Of a stretch of DNA of 37,265 bases, positions 36,700-37,265 are shown piece by piece (positions within the stretch are counted from its first letter, which is position 1; each line of letters begins with the position of its first letter). The stretch comes from a virus. Lineage: Duplodnaviria > Caudoviricetes. Where the stretch lies: positions 1 to 37,265 of IMG/VR virus record IMGVR_UViG_3300032232_001386; one strand, given 5' to 3'. The notes beneath the pieces are model-generated. The model was not told where the DNA came from. It worked only from the letters and a program-made list of their open reading frames with translations, and made no database searches. The position numbers and the translations under genes were made by a program.

Positions 36700-37265
36700 T
36701 CTAAAAATTCGTCTTTTGAGTCGTCAAGAAACTCATTTTTATCAGAACTAGTTTGAAATTTTGGACATCCTTCGTATGTTCGAGTTTCTACTTTAAATCC
36801 TTCTATATCTTTAAAATTATCTTCTAGACTAGTTTCTATTACTTCGCCTTTATCATTTACTTTAACATAATATTTATATGGATCTTTATATGGACACTTC
36901 CATCCACCAACTTGACACATCCATTTATTCTTAGTGCTATCTATCGCAAAGTTTGATCTAGCAGATTCCTCATCAAATTTGTTAACATAATCATTAATAT
37001 GCTCAAGATAATGTTCGAATCCCTTAATTTGATTATCATCAAATACTAATTGTTGAATTGGTTGTTTTGGAAACCTAAGAAATAAGAACTTAACTATTGG
37101 TTTCAATTTTGGCCATAATTTCTTGCTTGCTAGACTATACATCATAGCTTGAATATTAGCCTCAAGGTCATCACCCCTAAACTTGTATTTAGAGCTTTTA
37201 TAGTCGATTATATGCATTTCTTTTTTGATTTTAATAGGCTTATCTATAAAGCCACGAATATGATA
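36696..37265 (-). CDS. RecB/Cas4-like PD-(D/E)XK exonuclease, 5' truncated
   Basis: Frame is open to the window end: IRGFID...IIDYK...QAMMY, with C-terminal cysteines. Confidence 0.85.
   Translation of the reverse strand, partial: YHIRGFIDKPIKIKKEMHIIDYKSSKYKFRGDDLEANIQAMMYSLASKKLWPKLKPIVKFLFLRFPKQPIQQLVFDDNQIKGFEHYLEHINDYVNKFDEESARSNFAIDSTKNKWMCQVGGWKCPYKDPYKYYVKVNDKGEVIETSLEDNFKDIEGFKVETRTYEGCPKFQTSSDKNEFLDDSKDEFLD

Noticed and set aside
1-37265. Stop-codon reassignment, since no accepted gene ends in TAG
   Set aside because: Genes are full length and tightly packed under the standard code, and low TAG use is expected in AT-rich DNA.
36696-37265. CRISPR-Cas system suggested by the Cas4-like nuclease
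   Set aside because: No array or other cas genes are present, and solo RecB/Cas4-like nucleases are common in phage replication modules.

Overview
AT-rich segment of a large tailed dsDNA phage, probably with a long non-contractile tail (tube, tape measure and lambda-like tip genes are present, no sheath is seen). It uses the standard code and has no RNA genes, CRISPR arrays or IS elements that I can see. On the + strand, 1-16919 holds two repeat-rich fibre/virion proteins, four putative neck genes, the tail tube, chaperone-like genes and a 2023-aa tape measure protein (TMP). On the - strand, 16922-25025 holds a lambda-like M-L-K-I-J tail-tip block oriented against the TMP. 25077-27416 holds a second tube-like protein, a CxC protein, a CxxC membrane protein and a 26-Cys protein. 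On the - strand, 27452-37265 holds an annealing protein, two glycosyltransferases, a Whirly/PC4-like SSB candidate, a DnaE split into PHP and core genes around a DEDDh exonuclease, and a RecB/Cas4-like nuclease. The best leads are: (1) GF[IV]PNF repeats in the TMP that bracket a PD-(D/E)XK-like cargo domain; (2) a split or fused glycosyltransferase pair together with strong S/T-Gly enrichment in virion proteins; (3) a possible thiol-redox cassette; (4) two promoter classes, a GTGTAA motif before structural genes and near-leaderless sigma70-type promoters before replication genes. All family calls come from motifs recognised by eye; no database search was run.
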